From NCBI GenBank assembly GCA_965207735.1, contig OZ242296.1, forward strand, positions 4,640,001 through 4,704,000: a DNA stretch of 64,000 nt. Reading direction: 5' to 3'. Position numbers and translations under genes: made by a program. How positions within the stretch are numbered: position 1 is the stretch's first letter; every line of letters begins with the position of its first letter. Under the pieces are notes generated by a model that worked only from the letters and a program-made list of their open reading frames with translations, did not search any database and was not told the origin of the DNA. This stretch comes from Candidatus Versatilivorator sp. Its GTDB lineage: Bacteria > Acidobacteriota > Terriglobia > Versatilivoradales > Versatilivoraceae. Shown one piece after another: positions 47,212-57,284 of this stretch.

Positions 47212-49500
47212 TCAGGGCTGGTTTGAGGCGACTTCAGCTTCAGCCGGCAGGCTGGAGATCCACTTCCGGATCAGCTCCACGGCCTCCCGGTCAACCACGT
47301 TGGAGGCAATGTGCGGCATGCGGCCCAGGCCCAGCTTGGTCATGCGGTGGAGGATCAGGGACCGCTCAGGGTTTCCCGGAGCCAGCAAGCGGCCGTCTGC
47401 GATGCCGAAATCTCCGTGGCCGGGCGTCACGCCCAACGTCTTGGTCTCTTTCAAGGAGATCGTTGCGTGCAGTAGAAAGTCGGCGTTGCCGCCTCCCCAT
47501 TTCTGGTGGCAGTGGGCGCAGTTGGAGTGCAGGTAGGCCCGGGCCCGCTCGTCCAGAGAACGGCTCGGGTCAAGGTGATTGTAGATTCTGGGAAGCTCCG
47601 CCGGCGACTTGGGCAACGGCTCGGTGAACACCCCCAACCGGTGCAGCACCTCCAGCTGGTTGGCCGTGGTCCATCCGTAGTCGTGCTCCTTGTTCAACTG
47701 CAGGGTGTTCAAGCCCAGGACGTACTTGGCGGGCACGGTGTGGCAGAGCGTGCATTCGGCACGGCTGGGGAATCGCCAGACCTGCTCGCGCTTTCCACCA
47801 GGGGCTTCCGGGTCGGCAATGGTGTAGGTTCGATTCAGGCCCCGCGTCTCGACCAGAGTGGCGTCGGTCTGGTCCTCGTTCCAGACGTAGGAGTATCCCT
47901 TCCAGTACTGGTCTCCCACCTCCTCGGTTCCCCCCAGGGCCTCCTGGTGGAGCAGGCGGGTCTCCACCCGGTGGAGGCTGTCCGGATTTCCCGTCTCCAG
48001 TTCCAGCGAGAAGGTCTTGACGATCACGGTGCCGTCGGGGAAGCGCCAGCCAAAAGGGGCGCCGGGCGCGGGTTGCGGGTACTCCACCGTATCGAATTCC
48101 ACCTGGGAGTTTCCGGGGATGGCGATCCAGCGCTCCTTGACGGCGGCGTCGGACCAGAGCTCCGAGTTCACCGAGTAGGGAATCAGGCCGGGGGCGGGCT
48201 TGTGCTCCCGCACCGAGGAGAAGAGCCCCGTCTGACTGAGACGAAGGGGAAACTGATTGGGTTGGTGCACGACTTGAGAGCGGACCAGTCGGTGGATCTG
48301 GCCGCCGATGAAGTCCATCACATAGAGTTCGCCCTGGTGGCTCTGTCCGAAATCGATGATGCGGAAGGAGGTGTCGACCAGCTCCCGGTGGTCGCTGACC
48401 TGGTCCCCGTCGTGGCGGAACCCCCAGATACGTCCTGTGTCGTAGTCTCCGTAGACGTAGGTGCCGGCGATTTCCGGCAGCCGCTTGCCGCGGTAGACGA
48501 ACCCTCCGGTAATGGAGCGGAAATCGGAGTGGCCGTGCTCGACAACGGGCTTCAGAATGGGCGACGGCCCCAGGCGGCGCTCGGGCCGGAAGGGGTGGCT
48601 GCCTTCCTGGACGCTCCAGCCGTAGTTGCCTCCCCGCTGGATGAGATAGATCATTTCCCACAGGTCCTGACCCACTTCTCCGGCCCAGAGATTTCCGGTC
48701 TGGCGGTCGAAGTTCATCTTCCAGATCTGACGCAGTCCGTAAGCCCAGATCTCCGGACGGGCGCCCTGCCGCCCCATGAAGGGGTTGTCCTTGGGAATCC
48801 CATATTTCCTGCCGGGATCGGGACGATCGACGTCGATCCTCAAGATGGAGGCCAGCAGGTCGGAGACATCCTGTCCGGTGTCGAGTTCGTCGGCGATGCC
48901 GCTGCCGTCGCCCGTGGCGATATAGAGATAGCCGTCGGGCCCGAACCTGAGACACCCCCCGTTGTGTCCGCCGGAAGGCCATTCAAAGATGATGGTTTCC
49001 GAGGCGGGATCGGCTTGGTAGCGGTTGTCGGGCCGAACCTGGAAGCGTGAAATCCGGGTGCCCTTGGGGAGGGTCTTGAGGGGGTCCAGCACGTAAGTGA
49101 CGTAGAAGTAGCCGTTGTCCTGGAACCGGGGGTGGAACGCCAACCCGTAGGTGGTCTTCTCGAGATCGATCAGTAGCTCCGCCTTGGTGGTTTCCCGATT
49201 CACTTCAAAAGAAAAAATCTTACCGAATCGTTCCGCCACGAACAGGCGATCGCTGCCGGGAGCGATGGTCAACTCCAGCGGCTGCTCGAACCTCAGGTGG
49301 GGGAAGGCCACCTCGGTGCGGAAGGGGTTGGGGGGATCGGGAGATCCCTTGACGCGAGAGGTGGTCCACAGGGTTCGTTTGAGACTGGCAAAGGAGTCTC
49401 GAAACCCGTTCTCCTTGTTGGACCCATCCTCTGCGACAGCCAGGGTGGCGCCACCGACCGCCGCCCAAAGCATTCCGGCAAGCACGACTGTTCCACGCAT
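47212..49500 (-). CDS. Glucose/sorbosone (PQQ-type) dehydrogenase fused to a c-type cytochrome region
   Basis: HNGGCLRFGPDGYLY, YGLRQIW, GGNYGW; CTLCH and CAHCH. Confidence 0.85.
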   Translation of the reverse strand: MRGTVVLAGMLWAAVGGATLAVAEDGSNKENGFRDSFASLKRTLWTTSRVKGSPDPPNPFRTEVAFPHLRFEQPLELTIAPGSDRLFVAERFGKIFSFEVNRETTKAELLIDLEKTTYGLAFHPRFQDNGYFYVTYVLDPLKTLPKGTRISRFQVRPDNRYQADPASETIIFEWPSGGHNGGCLRFGPDGYLYIATGDGSGIADELDTGQDVSDLLASILRIDVDRPDPGRKYGIPKDNPFMGRQGARPEIWAYGLRQIWKMNFDRQTGNLWAGEVGQDLWEMIYLIQRGGNYGWSVQEGSHPFRPERRLGPSPILKPVVEHGHSDFRSITGGFVYRGKRLPEIAGTYVYGDYDTGRIWGFRHDGDQVSDHRELVDTSFRIIDFGQSHQGELYVMDFIGGQIHRLVRSQVVHQPNQFPLRLSQTGLFSSVREHKPAPGLIPYSVNSELWSDAAVKERWIAIPGNSQVEFDTVEYPQPAPGAPFGWRFPDGTVIVKTFSLELETGNPDSLHRVETRLLHQEALGGTEEVGDQYWKGYSYVWNEDQTDATLVETRGLNRTYTIADPEAPGGKREQVWRFPSRAECTLCHTVPAKYVLGLNTLQLNKEHDYGWTTANQLEVLHRLGVFTEPLPKSPAELPRIYNHLDPSRSLDERARAYLHSNCAHCHQKWGGGNADFLLHATISLKETKTLGVTPGHGDFGIADGRLLAPGNPERSLILHRMTKLGLGRMPHIASNVVDREAVELIRKWISSLPAEAEVASNQP

Positions 49501-49643
49501 GAGACCCTCGATTTCCAAATTCAGGTTCGACCGCTTCTTCTCCGAATCCAATCCAGCCAACGGTAAGATTCTAACCTCCCTACCCGGTCGGGGCAAGGAA
49601 GCCGCGGTGGGGAACCGGCCATCGTACGCTGAACCCCCCAACC

Positions 49644-49725
49644 GCAGAGGCAACCCCTGTGGTTGCCGGTTGTTCCCGTTCGCCCGGTCATCCCCGCGTT
49701 GGGCGCCCACAAGCGGCGCTCCTAC
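49644..49725. repeat. GTAG-type REP-like doublet (family F)
   Basis: ggcaacccctgtggttgcc..gggcgcccacaagcggcgctcctac; related gtaggggcaacccttgcggttgccc at 29619-29643. Confidence 0.6.
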
Positions 49726-50849
49726 TCGGCAAATCCCAGGTCGAAGCGCGAGAAGGTCAGGAAGGCGTAACCGCCCCGCTCCCAGATGACTCCGATGCTC
49801 CGGTCAGCCAGCAGGGTGAGGTCGGAATAGGCCGCCTTCTCTTCGGAAACGATCCGTTCGTTGGTGAAGGTCTCTCCTTCGTCATAGCTGAGGCGCACAA
49901 CCAGGGTCTGCCGCCCGGGGCCCTTGGGCCCGGTCCAGAGGATCCGGTCTCGGTCGTCACCGGCCGACGCCAGCGAGTAACGCTCGATGGCGGAGGCGAT
50001 GGGCGGCACCACCTGCCCGGTCCTGGGGGGAGACCAGGTTTCGCCGCCGTCGCTGCTGAGGAAGATCCACCGGGTCGAACCCTCGTCCTGGCGGGCGTCC
50101 ATCAGGAGGCTGCCGTCTGCCAACTCGACCAGTTGGTTCTCGCTGCTGGCAGAGGAGGCCAACTGGCCCCGAGTCCAGGTCTCACCGTGGTCGTCGCTGT
50201 AGATGGTGAACGCCGTCCAGGTGGTGGGAGTGGACCTTTCGTCACCGTCGCCCATTCCGGTTGTCTGGGAGACCGGAACGATCAGGCGCCCCTCGGAGTT
50301 CTGAACGGCGCCCCCCGGACCGAAGAAAGCGCTTCCCCAGTGCTCGATGTCACGGGCGATTGCGGTGAGGTCCATGGGCTCCGACCAGGTGAGACCGTTG
50401 TCCTGGCTGTAGCGTGCCCAGGCCTGAGAGTCGTCGGTCCCGACCCTGGCGCTCGAACTGCTGCGGTCCGGCTTGGTGCGGTTGTGGAACAGCCACACCC
50501 GCTTGGTGGCTCGATCCAGCAGGGTGACCGGGTTGCAGGAGGCCCAGCGCTCCCCGGGGTTGTCCAGCACCCTCATCTCCGACCAGGTCTTGCCCCCGTC
50601 CGTGCTGCGTTTGTAGACCAGGTCGATGTCGTTGCCGTGCGTTCCGGGATCGTGGCTGTTGTACTTGCGAGCCTCGGTAAACACCAGCAGCGACCCGTCC
50701 GGGGCGGTTTCCACGGCTGGGATGCGGTAGGTGTGATAGCCGTCCTGCCCCGAGGTGAAAACATCCACCTGGGTGATCTCCTGCTTGGCCGCGCATCCCT
50801 GCAGGAGGGGCCAGAGAGACAGCAGTATCAATGCCCGGTAACCGTTCAT
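49722..50849 (-). CDS. Sialidase (GH33-like) lipoprotein
   Basis: LQGC lipobox, YRIP, Asp-boxes STDGGKTW, SQDNGLTW, SDDHGETW, SSDGGETW. Confidence 0.88.
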   Translation of the reverse strand: MNGYRALILLSLWPLLQGCAAKQEITQVDVFTSGQDGYHTYRIPAVETAPDGSLLVFTEARKYNSHDPGTHGNDIDLVYKRSTDGGKTWSEMRVLDNPGERWASCNPVTLLDRATKRVWLFHNRTKPDRSSSSARVGTDDSQAWARYSQDNGLTWSEPMDLTAIARDIEHWGSAFFGPGGAVQNSEGRLIVPVSQTTGMGDGDERSTPTTWTAFTIYSDDHGETWTRGQLASSASSENQLVELADGSLLMDARQDEGSTRWIFLSSDGGETWSPPRTGQVVPPIASAIERYSLASAGDDRDRILWTGPKGPGRQTLVVRLSYDEGETFTNERIVSEEKAAYSDLTLLADRSIGVIWERGGYAFLTFSRFDLGFAE

Positions 50850-50975
50850 GTCGACCTTCCCTTTTTTTGCCTGCCGTTTCGTCGGCCGGCCATCGATGGC
50901 GAGCCGATCCAGTCCTGATGGATTGATTTCCGGCAAGGATACAACGTTTTGGCCGGACTGGCGAAGGTCTGTAGG

Positions 50976-51130
50976 CTTGTCTTGAACAATTGAGCGTTAT
51001 CCACAAAGCCAAAAAGAGTTATCCACGAAGGGCCACGAAGGACGACGAAGGGCCACTAAGGCGTTGAGGTTAACCGCGACGGGGTACCAAGGTCGCGAAA
51101 GGATGGTCGATTTCCGATGGTTTCACTCTT
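50976..51130 (+). repeat. Family A copy 5 (3'-truncated)
   Basis: aaaaagagttatccacgaagggccacgaaggacgacgaagggccactaaggcg..tttcactct. Confidence 0.85.
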
Positions 51131-51249
51131 GAGCCTCTTGCAAGATTCAGCAGCGGGACCTTTGCCGGGAATGGCCACAAAAGGCACAAAAACACAAAGA
51201 AAGCAGAACACTGAAAGCCAGCAAGGGGTCGACTCCCGAACCTGTCTGC

Positions 51250-51360
51250 TGTTTATCCTGTGCATCCATGTTCAATAATCCGGAATTTCGTGCTTCCTCT
51301 TCATTTCCAAGACAAAAACGGCTGGCTGTTTATCCTGTCTATCCTGTGCATCGATGTTCA
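51250..51360. repeat. Two family C half-sites in direct orientation
   Basis: atcctgtgcatccatgtt (51255-51272) and atcctgtgcatcgatgtt (51341-51358). Confidence 0.75.
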
Positions 51361-51504
51361 ACTTATAGTCCTTCTCGATTCGTGGTTCGTTTTCATGAAC
51401 GGCCAGCCGTCAAACCTCGCGGCTGGCATATAATTGAATCCTGTAAACAGCTACCTCCCGGGAAAGGCAGGGACCAGAACTCTGCCCGCAGGAAAGGAAA
51501 CTCC

Positions 51505-52836
51505 ATGAGCATGGAAAACCAGTCCCTCGGTTCAATCATCAACCGGCGAGCCTTCGTGAAATCCGGTGCGGTCGCCGGACTTGGCCTGGCAGTCGGACAT
51601 CGGGCCATGGCCCACCAACCCTCCATGGATACGGTCCGGGTGGGATTCGTGGGCGTGGGCGGCATGGGGACCGGCCACATCCGGAACCTGGTCCGCATCG
51701 AGGGTGCGGCAATTACGGCTATCTGCGACATCCGGGAAGAGCACGCCAGGCGGGCCGCCGCCATGGTGCAGCAGGCCGGGCAGCCGGCGCCCAGGCTCTA
51801 TACCGGCGGCGAGCGCGATTTCGAGCGTTTGTGCGCCGAGGAAGACCTGGACCTGGTCTACACCGCCACGCCCTGGCGCTGGCATGTCCCGGTCTGCGTC
51901 GCCGCCATGAAGAACGGCAAGCATGCCGCCACCGAAGTGCCGGCGGCGGTCACGCTGGAGGAGTGCTGGCAGTTGGTGGAGACCTCGGAGAGTACCGGCA
52001 GGCACTGCGTCATGATGGAGAACTGCTGCTACGACCGGGTGGAGCTGATGATCCTGAAGATGGTTCGCCAGGGCCTGCTGGGAGAGCTGCTCCACGCCGA
52101 GTGCGGCTATCTGCACGACCTGCGCGACATGAAGTTCAGCGACGAAGGGGAGGGCCTATGGCGGCTGGCCCATTCGGTGACGCGCAACGGGGACCTCTAT
52201 CCGACACACGGGCTGGGGCCGGTGGCTCAGTGCATGAACATCAACCGCGGCAACCAGTTCGCCCGCCTGGTCTCCATGAGCAGTCCCTCCCGGGGACTCA
52301 ATCTGTTTGCGGAAAAGAAATTCGGCCCGGACAGCCCGGAGGCCCGAAAAAAGTATGCGCTCGGGGACGTGGTCACCACCCTGATCCGGACTGTCGAGGG
52401 ACAGACCATCGTGGTGCAACACGATACCGACTCCCCCCGGCCCTACAGCCGGGATATCAACGTGCAAGGGACCCGGGGCCTGGTGCGAAAATATCCCGAG
52501 GAGAAGATCTACATCGAGGGGCGCTCCCCGGAGCACCAGTGGGAACCGCTTTCCAACTTTGGCCCGGAGTTTGAGCACCCCTTGTGGAAGGCTATGCAAG
52601 AACAGTCCAGGGGAGCCGGCCACGGAGGCATGGACTACATCGAGGACTACCGTCTGATCCAGTGCCTGCGCCGGGGCACGCCGCTCGACATGGACGTGTA
52701 CGACGCCGCGGCCTTGAGTGCCGTATCTCCCCTGAGCGAGCGCTCCATCGCCAGCCGGAACCAACCGGTCCATTTTCCCGATTTCACCCGCGGCGCCTGG
52801 AAGAAGAGACAGCCCCTGGGCATCGTCTCCGCTTGA
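51505..52836 (+). CDS. GH109 alpha-N-acetylgalactosaminidase-like (Gfo/Idh/MocA) protein, Tat-exported
   Basis: NRRAFV; TPWRWH, EVPAA, MENCCY, YPTHGLGP, GHGGMDY, FPDFTRG. Confidence 0.9.
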   Translation: MSMENQSLGSIINRRAFVKSGAVAGLGLAVGHRAMAHQPSMDTVRVGFVGVGGMGTGHIRNLVRIEGAAITAICDIREEHARRAAAMVQQAGQPAPRLYTGGERDFERLCAEEDLDLVYTATPWRWHVPVCVAAMKNGKHAATEVPAAVTLEECWQLVETSESTGRHCVMMENCCYDRVELMILKMVRQGLLGELLHAECGYLHDLRDMKFSDEGEGLWRLAHSVTRNGDLYPTHGLGPVAQCMNINRGNQFARLVSMSSPSRGLNLFAEKKFGPDSPEARKKYALGDVVTTLIRTVEGQTIVVQHDTDSPRPYSRDINVQGTRGLVRKYPEEKIYIEGRSPEHQWEPLSNFGPEFEHPLWKAMQEQSRGAGHGGMDYIEDYRLIQCLRRGTPLDMDVYDAAALSAVSPLSERSIASRNQPVHFPDFTRGAWKKRQPLGIVSA

Positions 52837-52964
52837 GGGAGCAGGGCCAGGCACCTCTTTGCCTCCCTTGGTTTCTTGGAAAGACAAGACTCACCATATT
52901 GCAATTGCCGTTGAAAGGAAGCATCCTATCCTTGTTTCCTTACCCTCACTGCGAAGCGGATACC

Positions 52965-53189
52965 ATGCTTGCCAAGCTAACGTCCAAGAACCAGTTGACC
53001 CTGCCCAAAGCCGTGGTCTCCAACTTCCAGGGCACCGAGTACTTCGATGTCACTAAAGAAAATGGCCGCATCGTGCTGACACCGGTGCGTGTGAACCGCG
53101 CCGATGCCGTGCGCGCCAAGTTGGCTGAACTCGGCCTGTCCGAGGCCGATGTGTCCGAAGCCGTGGCATGGGCTCGTCGGGCACCATGA
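52965..53189 (+). CDS. AbrB/MazE-family antitoxin
   Basis: MLAKLTSKNQLTLPK..GRIVLTP. Confidence 0.88.
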   Translation: MLAKLTSKNQLTLPKAVVSNFQGTEYFDVTKENGRIVLTPVRVNRADAVRAKLAELGLSEADVSEAVAWARRAP

Positions 53190-53596
53190 CCGAGCTGCGC
53201 GTGGTGCTCGACACCATTGTGCTGCTGTCGGCCCTGCTGTTCCCCGCCGGATCGTTGTCCTGGTTGCGCCATGCCTGGCAGTCGGAAGCCATCCTCCCAC
53301 TGGTAAGCCGTGATACGACGGAGGAACTGCTCCGGGTGCTGTGCTATCCGAAGTTCCGCCTGACCGCCGCCGAACGAGAAGACCTGTTGGCCGATTACCT
53401 GCCCTGGTGCGAGACCGTGATCGTGTCGAAGCCTGCGGTGGTGCTGGAATGCCGCGATTCGGCTGACAGGCCTTTTCTCGAACTCGCGCTGGCGGGCAAA
53501 GCCGATGCCTTGGTGACAGGCGACGACGACCTGCTCGCCCTGGCATCGGTGTTTTCGGTTCCGATCCTTACCCCGAATGCAATAAGAGATCGCTGA
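53186..53596 (+). CDS. PIN-domain putative toxin (PIN_3-like)
   Basis: VVLDT, CRDSADRPFLELA, LVTGDDDLL; ATGA overlap. Confidence 0.88.
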   Translation: MTELRVVLDTIVLLSALLFPAGSLSWLRHAWQSEAILPLVSRDTTEELLRVLCYPKFRLTAAEREDLLADYLPWCETVIVSKPAVVLECRDSADRPFLELALAGKADALVTGDDDLLALASVFSVPILTPNAIRDR

Positions 53597-53765
53597 AACA
53601 AAAGAAAAAGACAAAAGGAAAAGAGTTATCCACGAAGGGACACGAAGAACGACGAAGGGCCACTAAGGCGTTGAGGTTCACCGCGACGGGGTACCAAAGT
53701 CGCGAGAGGACTATCGATTTCCGATTGTTTCACTCTCGTATGAACCGCCCACCAGGGCGGGGGCC
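53594..53765 (+). repeat. Family A copy 6
   Basis: Begins at the toxin stop (tgaaacaaaag..); full core and hairpin tail. Confidence 0.88.
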
Positions 53766-53796
53766 GAACTCATTGGAAAACGTCTCCCGCTTTCCC

Positions 53797-55020
53797 CTAT
53801 TGCCGCTCGAGACGCCAGAAGACTCCGGTGACGGTTGCCGTGCCGGCAGCGATGCTCCCGTGGAGATAGGGAGTCAGGAACCGGTCCCGGGACAGTTCCA
53901 GGGTGGGTGCGGTAAAGGAGTGGCCAGGAGGCTTGGGAACCAGCTGGAAGCGGGTGGATTGGTTCATCCGGGACGTTCCTGAGGGAGTCCCATCCGCCCA
54001 GGTCTTTCCTCCGTCCAGGCTGATCCGCGCGAAAAGAGCCCCGTAACGCGGGCTCTGGTTGCTCGCCTGGTGGGTCACCACCACCAGGTTGTTCCCGGTC
54101 CAGAGAATGGTCCCCCGGTGCTCGTAGTAGCCGGTGAGGCTGCCGGGCACCTCCCGGAAGGTGCGGCCGCGGTCGTGGGACTCCAGCAGGAGGCCGTTCT
54201 TGTAGATGGAGGGCTCGTGGGAGGGCACATCGGCAGGGCTTCCGGTTTTCTCCAGCGTGGTCTTTCGATCCTCACCAGCCAGCAGCGGCCTCTGGATGCG
54301 GGTCATGGCCAGCAGATGGTCCGGGTTGGAGGGGTCGGCTGCCAGACCGACTTCACACACGAAGGGATGCATCAGGGTCGGATCTCCCCAGCTGGCCCCG
54401 CCGTCGGTGCTGCGAATCAGAAATAGACCCCCGATGTCCGCGTCCGGCCGGACCAGGCCTTCCTGCAGGAGGTTGGGGTCTCGATAATACCAAGGCAGAT
54501 AGCGGGCGCCGACGCCCAGCATCAAGGCCCCGTCGGGACTTTCCAGGAAGGTGTTGTAGTCGTCTCCCACCCAGTCGTAGGGCCGCTTTGAACCCGGGGC
54601 CAAGCCGGCGCCGTCCACCAGGGCCGCCGTCCAGCTCCGTCCCCGGTCCCCCGAATAGGAAACCGAAACCGCATCCTGAGCCGTCTGACCGGCCAGCCAC
54701 AGCCGGCCGTCTCGGGTGACCCCCAGGGCGAAGGCATTCTCCGCCTCGATCGCCTCCCAGGTCCGTCCGTTGTCGGTGCTCCTCACCAGCCCCCGTGTCT
54801 GGGTGTTGACATAGATCGACCCGTCGGGATGGCGGACGATCCCCAGCATCCCCCGCCCCTGCCCGCTTCCCGGAGGAACGATCTCCACCTGCCCCTCGAT
54901 TTCGACCCGCACCCGATGGTCCTCGGCCCGAGGGCCGCAGCCCGCACCACTGGCGCTGAGGACGGCGAACAGCGCAGTAAGAACCACGCTTTCCACGGAT
55001 ACAGGAATTAACCGGAACAT
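53797..55020 (-). CDS. BNR/Asp-box repeat (sialidase-like) protein
   Basis: STDNGRTW, SGDRGRSW, STDGGASW, SHDRGRTF, SLDGGKTW. Confidence 0.75.
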   Translation of the reverse strand: MFRLIPVSVESVVLTALFAVLSASGAGCGPRAEDHRVRVEIEGQVEIVPPGSGQGRGMLGIVRHPDGSIYVNTQTRGLVRSTDNGRTWEAIEAENAFALGVTRDGRLWLAGQTAQDAVSVSYSGDRGRSWTAALVDGAGLAPGSKRPYDWVGDDYNTFLESPDGALMLGVGARYLPWYYRDPNLLQEGLVRPDADIGGLFLIRSTDGGASWGDPTLMHPFVCEVGLAADPSNPDHLLAMTRIQRPLLAGEDRKTTLEKTGSPADVPSHEPSIYKNGLLLESHDRGRTFREVPGSLTGYYEHRGTILWTGNNLVVVTHQASNQSPRYGALFARISLDGGKTWADGTPSGTSRMNQSTRFQLVPKPPGHSFTAPTLELSRDRFLTPYLHGSIAAGTATVTGVFWRLERQ

Positions 55021-55085
55021 GATCGTGCCGCTTGTTTTTAACCCCCGAGGAATGACCTGCCTTGGTTGGCCCCCGTATTTCAGGC

Positions 55086-55176
55086 CGGTCCGCCCCCCGC
55101 TCCGGGGATCATACAGAGGAGGAACAATCGACCGCCAATAAGGGCGAACCACGAATGAACACGAATAAGCACGAAT
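55086..55176 (+). repeat. Dispersed repeat family B, copy 3
   Basis: cgcccc..ggatcatac..gaaccacgaatgaacacgaataagcacgaat. Confidence 0.65.
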
Positions 55177-55355
55177 GCGGATGGAGCTCCTTCAATGACG
55201 AGCGGCACCCGAATGCTGCAGCAATTATGTGACGTTGGTGCGACGACGTCGTGGGAGGAAGCCCCCCGGGAGCGCGGGCGTCCCGCCCGCACGAATCCTG
55301 GCACAGCCTCGGCGATCTTCTCCACCCGGATCGACCGGACCCGACGCCATGGCTC

Positions 55356-56927
55356 TCATTCGGCCGGGCCGAACCTGAACGAATAGAGCCGGGCCTGCTG
55401 CAGGGTGAACCTCAATTGAATGACCTGTCCCTGCAGGTGACCGAGGCTGTCCTTTCCGTTCCACTCCACCACCTGGCGGGTCCGATCGAAGCGCTCCATC
55501 AGGCAATCATCCTTGCCGTAGCCCTTCAGGGGGAGGCCGTCGCTGCCAAGGATTTCCACATGAACCCTTCCCTTGGGGGCGGCGGCGTTGATGGTCAGGC
55601 GTTTCCCCTCGAAGGTGAAGGCCCTGGTGGTGAGGCTTCCCTCAGTCTTTCCGGCCTGGAGTGACACGAATCCGTCCATTCTGAGCTTGGCGAGACCGAT
55701 GCCGTTGGCCACGCGAGATACTCCGGTCGGGAGTCTGTGGTTGTGGTCCACCCCGAAGCCGGTGTAGTAGATCCAGATCTCGTCTCCCACCAGCAACGGC
55801 GCCTGCAGGGGATAGATGCTGCCCCAGTCGAAGTCTCCCGGCCTTTGGGAGAGCGGCAGGAACACCTGGCGGTCGCCGGCCCTCTGCCAGTGCCTGCCGT
55901 CCCGGCTGTAGGTGAGCTGCACCGCTCCCCGGCAATACTCGGGGTCGTAGCTGAAGACCGTCATCAGGCCCAGGCGCAGCCCCTCGTAAGCCAGAACCTC
56001 CATGTTGTAGAACTGGTCCCGATTGAGGGGATCTTGGGTGTCCGCTCCCAGGATGGGGCGGTAGTCGGTCCAGTGGATGAAATCCCGGCTGAGCGCCTGT
56101 CCCACTCGACGCAGGCTGTGGTTGCGGGGATGGCGCTCGCGCCCCGGGTCCCAGAGCTGCCGCCAGGTCTCCACCGCCTCCGGGTCGGTGGTGAGTTGGG
56201 GCCGCACCTCCGGGATGCGTCCGGTGCGGTCCCGCACGATGGCCACGTACTTGCCGAGCAGCCCGTCCCAATAGGGCACCATGTGGCTGTCGTGGCCGGG
56301 TGAAACGAACAGCACCGGATTCCCCTGGTTGTAGGGGGTCCAGTTCAAGCCGTCGGCCGAGTGAGAGGCGTAGACCTTGTATCCCTGCCACATGTGCAGC
56401 ATCTTGTACCGCCGGTCGGGATCGGGCTCCCTTTCGTCGAGGAAAACCCCGCTCGTCACCCCACTGTGGGGCATCACGATGTTGTTGTCCTTGCTGCCGC
56501 CCGATTCCACCCTTCCCAGCAGGGGCTTCTGCCAGTGGATACCGTCCCGGCTGGTGGCGTAGCAGAGCCGGGCCAGTTCGTCCCCTCCCTCTCCGGGATG
56601 CAGGCTGTACCAGATCTTGAACAGGCCCTCCCGCTGGTCGTAGAGGACGCTGGAAAACCCGATGAACATGCCGGCATCCCAGGCGGTGCTCTCCTTGGGA
56701 ATGCGGGACAGCAGGGGGTTGCCGGAGACCCTTTCCGGTTGATGCAGAACGCGGGAAAGCCCGGTCATCGATTGGGTGAGGGTGTCGTCGAGGAAGAGTT
56801 GCCGCCGGTTGCCCAGGGCCGGCGCCTCTTCGGGGGCGGTGCCGGGCGTTGGGGAACAGGCTGGAAACAGGCTGGAGGCCAGAAAGAGCAGGGCCGTACC
56901 GAGGGTCCACGGCTGCTTGAGCGTCAC
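55356..56927 (-). CDS. Lipoprotein, beta-propeller glycoside hydrolase-like (GH32/43/130 clan-like)
   Basis: FPAC lipobox; RQLFLDD, SRDGIHW, SADGLNW, SRDFIHW, LRMDGFVS. Confidence 0.7.
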   Translation of the reverse strand: MTLKQPWTLGTALLFLASSLFPACSPTPGTAPEEAPALGNRRQLFLDDTLTQSMTGLSRVLHQPERVSGNPLLSRIPKESTAWDAGMFIGFSSVLYDQREGLFKIWYSLHPGEGGDELARLCYATSRDGIHWQKPLLGRVESGGSKDNNIVMPHSGVTSGVFLDEREPDPDRRYKMLHMWQGYKVYASHSADGLNWTPYNQGNPVLFVSPGHDSHMVPYWDGLLGKYVAIVRDRTGRIPEVRPQLTTDPEAVETWRQLWDPGRERHPRNHSLRRVGQALSRDFIHWTDYRPILGADTQDPLNRDQFYNMEVLAYEGLRLGLMTVFSYDPEYCRGAVQLTYSRDGRHWQRAGDRQVFLPLSQRPGDFDWGSIYPLQAPLLVGDEIWIYYTGFGVDHNHRLPTGVSRVANGIGLAKLRMDGFVSLQAGKTEGSLTTRAFTFEGKRLTINAAAPKGRVHVEILGSDGLPLKGYGKDDCLMERFDRTRQVVEWNGKDSLGHLQGQVIQLRFTLQQARLYSFRFGPAE

Positions 56928-56931
56928 GGGG

Positions 56932-57222
56932 TCACCCGTTTCCCTGTCCCGGGCCCTTTCGCCGCTGACCCCTGAGACTCCTGACCGAGAAGAGGATAAG
57001 GGTGATTGACAGCACCAGGCCGATCGCTATCCCGGAAAGGAGACCGTTGCCGAGCAGGAGATCGCTCCAGAGCTCTCCGTTGTGCAGACCCACCAACCAC
57101 TCCTTGGTCTGTTCGGAGTACCAGCCCTCACTTTCGTTGTGTGGGCGGAAGTAGAGAATCAGTCCGCTGAGCGCGGTCAGGCAGAAATGGATCGCAGTGA
57201 AGCGGTAGAACCAGATTTTCAT
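56932..57222 (-). CDS. Small membrane protein (PepSY-associated TM-like)
   Basis: Two TM helices with ALSGL..LHNGE; within the same-strand gene run. Confidence 0.55.
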   Translation of the reverse strand: MKIWFYRFTAIHFCLTALSGLILYFRPHNESEGWYSEQTKEWLVGLHNGELWSDLLLGNGLLSGIAIGLVLSITLILFSVRSLRGQRRKGPGQGNG

Positions 57223-57284
57223 CCCAGTCAGGTTCCTGCTGGCTCAGTCCCCGGCGGAGAGGACTAAAGGCTCGGTGAGGCAAT

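Noticed and set aside
50997-51027. DnaA boxes / oriC
   Set aside because: TTATCCAC(A/G) is part of repeat family A; no dnaA or origin context.
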